A stretch of DNA of 64,000 bases. Source: Candidatus Kerfeldbacteria bacterium. Its GTDB lineage: Bacteria > Patescibacteriota > Patescibacteriia > UBA10025 > JAHIVO01. The translations under genes were made by a program, and so were the position numbers. The notes below the pieces were generated by a model. That model was given only the letters and a program-made list of their open reading frames with translations, was not told where the DNA came from and did no database searches. This document shows, piece after piece, positions 58,942-64,000 of this stretch (the stretch's first letter is position 1; each line of letters starts with the position of its first letter). The stretch covers positions 713,041 to 777,040 of the forward strand of contig CP181398.1 of the NCBI GenBank assembly GCA_047946875.1, given 5' to 3'.

Positions 58942-59086
58942 TTATATACATCCCTGATCCAACATATAACATGATATATCTACACTCGGACAAGCCAAAT
59001 CCTCCGAATCACTTAAACTACATTCCTATAACAGAGATCCTATAGTATCCCCCACAAGTTATAGCAGTACCACACCAGCCACCAAA
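58942..59086 (-). pseudogene. Remnant of a Cys-rich coding segment
   Basis: Minus strand reads GGWCGTAITCGG then, after a frameshift and stop, ECSLSDSEDLACPSVDISCYMLDQGCI*. Confidence 0.4.
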
Positions 59087-59144
59087 GTGATTATTATTTT
59101 ACTACTTACAAGTTTATTTTTCTACTAATAAATATCCCTTTGAT

Positions 59145-62100
59145 TTATAAAACTAATAAAAATTGTGCACCACTGGCACCAGCTAGATTTCCTGTGATAT
59201 TCCAGTCTGCACCTCCGTTAGTTGATTTAAAAATATCACCACTGGCACCAGTTCCCGCGTAAATTGAATTGCCAATTTCTGTTAAAAAGAATACACCGGT
59301 AGCGCCAGCTAGATTTCCTGTGATATTCCAGTCTGCACCTCCGTTAGTTGATTTAAAAATATCACCATTATTAGAAGTTCCGGCGTAAATTGCACCTCCG
59401 ATTTCTAGTAAAGAGTATACACGAGTAGCGCCAGCTAGATTTCCTGTGATATTCCAGTCTGCACCTCCGTTAGTTGATTTAAAAATATCACCATCAGGAC
59501 TAGTTCCCGCGTAAATTGCACCTCCGGTTTCTAGTAAAGAATATATAGTATTAGCGCCAGCTAGATTTCCTGTGATATTCCAGTTCGCACCTCCATCAGT
59601 TGATTTAAAGATACCACCATTAACACCAGTTCCCACGTAAATTGCACCTCCGGTTTCTAGTAAAGAATGTGCACCACCACTAGCACCAGTTATATTTCCT
59701 GCGATATTCCAGTCTGTACCTCCGTTAGTTGATTTAAAAACAACACTATTTGGACTAGTTCCCGCGTAAATTGCACCTCCGGTTTCTAATAAAGAATATA
59801 CAGTAATAGCGCCAGCTAGGTTTCCTGTGATATTCCAGTTCGCACCTCCATTAGTTGATTTAAAAACAACACTATTTGGAGTAGTTCCCGCGTAAATTGC
59901 ACCTCCGGTTTCTAGTAAAGAATATACTTCATTAGCGCCAGCTAGATTTCCAATATTATTCCAGTTCGCACCTCCGTCAGTTGATTTAAAGATACCACCA
60001 TTAGGTCTCGTAGCTGCAAGTAATATAGGGCAATCAAGCGGGCAATTAGCATTATTTTCACCTGGTTCGCAAATACCGTTGGGACAGACCGGTCCAAAAA
60101 TCGAAAGCGTTAGCCAGTTAGTATCAGCACCACATGCGTTAGTAGCCGTAACGCTACGAGTTTGAATAATTGCTGCTGTTGGAGTACCGGAGATTACACC
60201 CGAAGTGGCATTAAGGCTTAACCCAGCAGGCAAAGGCACAACTGAGAGACTATATGTAATTGGTAGAGTGCCCTGAGAAATAGTAATACCATAAGAAAAT
60301 GAAACACCTACTGTACCAGTAGCGCTTTGTGTATTAACAACAGGAGCGATACAGGCAGCTAGTGGTGGAATTGTGCCAGTAGTAATTGATAATATACCAT
60401 CAACACCCATTGTACTGACATTAGCCAATTGATTCCAATTAGTTCCATTATTATAGGAACTATATATCCACGAATGTCCTACCATTCCATCTGTGGCCGC
60501 AAAAAGAGTGTCAACACTATCTTTGGTAAATTTATTTACCACAAATGCATTAGTTGTGTTAAAATCCTCTCTCAAATCCCAAGATGCACCAAAATTATCT
60601 GAAGTAAAAATATCTTCAGCACTACAGCAACCACCGGTTATAACACGATTATTTGAAAAGAATAATGTTTCAATATTTTGTGTCAAACTGACATTTGGAG
60701 TGGGAGCCCAGGCAATACCATCATCAGAATATATTACTTCTTGGCGTGACACCCCTCCACCAGCATATAAACGTCCATTTCCTTCTATAATACTATATGC
60801 ATGAAAGCCTACTCCCAAAGTTGGAAAACTTGTCACCTCTGTCCAATTAGCTCCCTCATCATTTGAATGAAAAACTACTCCACCATTATGAGTTGTAAGG
60901 TATATATCCACTGGACCAATAGTTGCTATACCTGTAACCCCTTGTCTTCCTATTGCATTAGTCATTTGAATCCAAGTTGTTCCATTATTAAGAGAACGAT
61001 AAAAATTTTGTCCAGCTCTAGACCCTATATATAATATTCCACCTCTTTCATGTATATCTGCAAATTGCGTTTCCCCTGGATCTAATCCTGTTGAAGCCGT
61101 CCAAGAACCCCCTCCATCATCTGAATAAAATATTTGACCATTCAAACCAGTAGCAGCTAATATTCTATTTCCTGAAATTAATAAATCGTAAACATGAGTA
61201 ACGCCTGGCAAATCACCAGTATTAACCCATGTCGCTCCACCATCATCTGACCTCAAGACATCTCCATTTGGATAAGTTCCAACTAATAAAGGACCACCAA
61301 CTACAAGTGGACAATCATTATCAGTTGCAAATGTACATCCCAATCCTGCAGGACAACATCCATTGCTGGCAACCTGACATGCACAATCTGGATCTTCAAC
61401 AATAGTACACGTAGGAGGACAACCACCACCACACCCATTAGGAACACAAACAGGGGCACCACATGCACCAGCCACACTAGGTATATTATCATAAAAACTA
61501 ATATTACCAGCGTTATCTTCTGCTATCACGTCTACATAAAATGTTGTATTTGAAATATCAGAAGTCCAAACACCTTCAAAAATATTATCTAAGTCTGGGT
61601 CTGTCATTGCTACAGGATTATTAGCACTAATTACTGATATTCCATCAGGATTTTGTAATACTGCTTGTACACTAGCTATACCATCAGCGTCTGTAACCTC
61701 AGCCCTAAAACAAAAGTCAGTGCCTGTACCACCAGTAGGCGGATTAACAGTTGGCATGATAATTTGAGGTCCACCATTTCCTCTAACATTAACCAATATT
61801 TCAATACTTTCACTCCTATTCCCAGCTGTATCTACTGCCTCTGCTTGAATAGAATGCCAACCATCAGTCAATACATCTGTATTAATAGCATATGAGTATG
61901 GAACCAACGGATCAACAAACTGTCGATGATAATCAATATAGAAATTTACATGCTGAACACCACGATTATCATTAGCGTCTACTTCAATATCTATATCACC
62001 AACTACCGCTGTACCATAAATTGGCGTTGGTGGATGTATAAAAGATATTGTTGGCGCGATCTTATCATTCATCTCATTATCTACAGGAATAGTTATAGTA

Positions 62101-64000
62101 GCACTACCAATATTCCCATACATATCATATGCATCTATCCGAATATCATGCTCTTCATTAAGATACCCTAAGGTGTCCCATTCCCAAGTCCATTGATTGT
62201 TAGCAACATGAGTTGCATTACCTCGGAAAATATTATCAACAAAAACTTGAACATAATCAATCCAATTCAAATCATCTACTGTAATATCTATATCAATTAC
62301 ATCTTTTCTTTGACATATTATTCCAGCTCCACATGGAGTAACTTGATTACAAGGCGGGCCAACACCTGAACAAGTACCCGGAATATTACCAATAGTAACT
62401 ACTGGAGCAGTAGTATCAAAATTTTCTACCTTTACAAAAATAGTTTTAGTAGAAACAAGCGTTGTGTTATCTGTCGCCGTAGCTATAAGTGTATAAATAC
62501 CATTTGGCGTATCTGGAGCAATTGGTGGACCAGTACAATCCCCAACAGTATCCCAAAGGTGTGTACCAGAATATGGATTTGATAATCCTCCAAACACATG
62601 AAGGGCACAAGGAGTTTCTACCCCATCACTATCAAACGCATGTATTTCTACACCTATAATACCGCCATCATCAGAAGCGACAACATCTATTGGTACAGTC
62701 CCCGTAATAGTCTGACCATCTGCCAAAGAAATAATATCAATGAAAGGAGGATTGTTAACAACTCCAGAATTATTTATTACTAAAGTATATGTAGGGCTAT
62801 TGCTCCAATTTCCAACATTGTCATATGCTTTTAATAGTAAACTATGATTACCATCAACATACTCATTAGAAATAAAATTCCATGACCAACTAGCAGGATC
62901 ATCATCTGTATACTTGTATTGACCATCGATATAAAATTCTACTTTAGCTACACCCGTAGCTGTAGCAATAGGCAGATCAGTCAAAATAACTTCTACGGCC
63001 TGTGTTCCATTAACATTATTAAAAATATTAGCTACCGGAGCAACAGTATTTAAAGTAACCGCATCAAACTGAGGACCAACACGATCTGTGATCGTCCCAG
63101 TAACATTCTTAAAATAATTAAAACAATTACAATCTGCATTAGTAAAAGAACTGCATGGATCAAACACTCCAGCCAAACCGATATTCCAAGTATTGAATCC
63201 CCCATATATTAAGTATTCTAAATGTCCATAAAGATCTACATTCTTACCATCTGGAGATACTATATATTGATAAGTATAAGAATTTGAAGGGCAGAAATAT
63301 TCTTGATTTGTATCATCCCAACAAGTACTTGTATTAAAAGGTGCTAAACAAATATCAAAAATATTATAAGGATCAGTCGGCATACTCAATCCAAGACTTG
63401 AGCCCAACTTATCACTCCAAGAAGGCCAACCTGAAGAAGTAAGATTTTTGATATAAGTACCTCCTTCTAGTTTTGGAAATTCTCCATTTATTTCTTTATA
63501 TTCCAAAGCGCCAGTATAAATGTCATTAAGATCACTAACTCTCTTCATATCTCGATGCATTTTTTCTTTATTAGTATCTGTATCATTAATAGTAAATTTC
63601 CAATTAGCTAACAATGCATTATAAATACTTAATGTTTCAGCAGAAGCTCCTTCGTTATATGAAATCAAATATAATTGTGGGTATAAGGCATCTCCAACCT
63701 GTGCTGCACCGTCAAAACCAGTACCTGAGATATTCCAAGCTGCTACATATACTGTTCTACCTGACCTGATCGCGTTATATCCATCCACTACAATATCTTG
63801 TGGGGCTGGGGCAGCAGAACCAAAATGATTAAAATACCATTCTCTAGCTGACTTACCTTCTTCATTTTCATAAACCCTAATACCAATCGCATCGTCTGAC
63901 AAATCTCGTAAGAAGAAAAATTCTTTTAATAATTCATCCACCCCAATAGTACTAGGTGTACCTTCATGAACCACCGTATCAATCACTAGTTTTAAGGTTG
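59145..64000 (-). CDS. Giant surface protein (5' end probably outside the window): pilin-like segment, Ig-like repeats, Cys-rich linkers, two BNR/Asp-box propellers
   Basis: RD.KR.SDL...Y....G.FP...PTDP, repeated V.FYID...W....DG.H.....A.D..GN, S.DGG.TW Asp-boxes; frame open to the window edge. Confidence 0.8.
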   Translation of the reverse strand, partial: TLKLVIDTVVHEGTPSTIGVDELLKEFFFLRDLSDDAIGIRVYENEEGKSAREWYFNHFGSAAPAPQDIVVDGYNAIRSGRTVYVAAWNISGTGFDGAAQVGDALYPQLYLISYNEGASAETLSIYNALLANWKFTINDTDTNKEKMHRDMKRVSDLNDIYTGALEYKEINGEFPKLEGGTYIKNLTSSGWPSWSDKLGSSLGLSMPTDPYNIFDICLAPFNTSTCWDDTNQEYFCPSNSYTYQYIVSPDGKNVDLYGHLEYLIYGGFNTWNIGLAGVFDPCSSFTNADCNCFNYFKNVTGTITDRVGPQFDAVTLNTVAPVANIFNNVNGTQAVEVILTDLPIATATGVAKVEFYIDGQYKYTDDDPASWSWNFISNEYVDGNHSLLLKAYDNVGNWSNSPTYTLVINNSGVVNNPPFIDIISLADGQTITGTVPIDVVASDDGGIIGVEIHAFDSDGVETPCALHVFGGLSNPYSGTHLWDTVGDCTGPPIAPDTPNGIYTLIATATDNTTLVSTKTIFVKVENFDTTAPVVTIGNIPGTCSGVGPPCNQVTPCGAGIICQRKDVIDIDITVDDLNWIDYVQVFVDNIFRGNATHVANNQWTWEWDTLGYLNEEHDIRIDAYDMYGNIGSATITIPVDNEMNDKIAPTISFIHPPTPIYGTAVVGDIDIEVDANDNRGVQHVNFYIDYHRQFVDPLVPYSYAINTDVLTDGWHSIQAEAVDTAGNRSESIEILVNVRGNGGPQIIMPTVNPPTGGTGTDFCFRAEVTDADGIASVQAVLQNPDGISVISANNPVAMTDPDLDNIFEGVWTSDISNTTFYVDVIAEDNAGNISFYDNIPSVAGACGAPVCVPNGCGGGCPPTCTIVEDPDCACQVASNGCCPAGLGCTFATDNDCPLVVGGPLLVGTYPNGDVLRSDDGGATWVNTGDLPGVTHVYDLLISGNRILAATGLNGQIFYSDDGGGSWTASTGLDPGETQFADIHERGGILYIGSRAGQNFYRSLNNGTTWIQMTNAIGRQGVTGIATIGPVDIYLTTHNGGVVFHSNDEGANWTEVTSFPTLGVGFHAYSIIEGNGRLYAGGGVSRQEVIYSDDGIAWAPTPNVSLTQNIETLFFSNNRVITGGCCSAEDIFTSDNFGASWDLREDFNTTNAFVVNKFTKDSVDTLFAATDGMVGHSWIYSSYNNGTNWNQLANVSTMGVDGILSITTGTIPPLAACIAPVVNTQSATGTVGVSFSYGITISQGTLPITYSLSVVPLPAGLSLNATSGVISGTPTAAIIQTRSVTATNACGADTNWLTLSIFGPVCPNGICEPGENNANCPLDCPILLAATRPNGGIFKSTDGGANWNNIGNLAGANEVYSLLETGGAIYAGTTPNSVVFKSTNGGANWNITGNLAGAITVYSLLETGGAIYAGTSPNSVVFKSTNGGTDWNIAGNITGASGGAHSLLETGGAIYVGTGVNGGIFKSTDGGANWNITGNLAGANTIYSLLETGGAIYAGTSPDGDIFKSTNGGADWNITGNLAGATRVYSLLEIGGAIYAGTSNNGDIFKSTNGGADWNITGNLAGATGVFFLTEIGNSIYAGTGASGDIFKSTNGGADWNITGNLAGASGAQFLLVL
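59160..60025 (-). repeat. Seven intragenic tandem repeats of 126 bp (one 129 bp)
   Basis: GTTGATTTAAA anchor at 59221, 59347, 59473, 59599, 59728, 59854, 59980. Confidence 0.92.

Noticed and set aside
59160-60025. Diversity-generating retroelement TR/VR pair
   Set aside because: The repeats are all in frame within one gene, differences are not clearly adenine-specific and include an indel, and no reverse transcriptase is in the window.
3835-62783. Many short ORFs in the track overlapping longer genes (e.g. 7335-7814, 14130-14426, 32713-33093, 52208-52603)
   Set aside because: Antisense or alternate-frame shadows of well-supported genes, with no motifs or initiation signals.
139-63986. Alternative genetic code (TGA read as Gly/Trp)
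   Set aside because: Conserved genes are full length under code 11, several end in TGA, and prfB is present.
1-64000. CRISPR array, rRNA, prophage or integrase
   Set aside because: No regularly spaced repeat-spacer array, cas, rRNA-like or phage/integrase motifs were recognised.

Overview
Very AT-rich bacterial chromosome segment, standard genetic code. Gene content and style (TrmB- and YerC-type regulators, FG-GAP/NHL/Ig-like surface proteins with Asn-rich linkers, split ComEC, short or leaderless core 5' UTRs) suggest a Patescibacteria/CPR genome; this is an inference. Core genes, mostly on the minus strand: recO, ileS, argS, smpB-ssrA-infC-rpmI-rplT-tRNA-Asp, comEC, prfB, nrdR-nrdJ-cobO, ftsA-ftsZ, ybeY, dgkA and many surface proteins. 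Interspersed are self-contained, SD-led accessory units with their own promoter and terminator: DUF47-PiT, thioesterase, butyrate kinase-like, Mpv17-like, purH, purC, MYG1-like, two SPFH loci and glnA. glmS is SD-led but lies directly behind a TrmB regulator. The strongest candidate for an undescribed system is at 11151-15519. A YerC/TrpR-like repressor with a tandem operator is translationally coupled to an unannotated His-His leader peptide with a full 1:2/2:3/3:4 attenuator. This module precedes a radical SAM-deacylase-LOG-GNAT-PRTase gene string rather than a his operon. Other notable features: four unrelated genes next to tRNA-Asp share a homologous promoter, tRNA-Asp fragments are interrupted by small hairpin elements, a degenerate RAYT is flanked by REP-containing direct repeats, and a 7-blade propeller has near-identical blades with hypervariable loops. 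All protein calls come from motif recognition by eye; no database searches were run.
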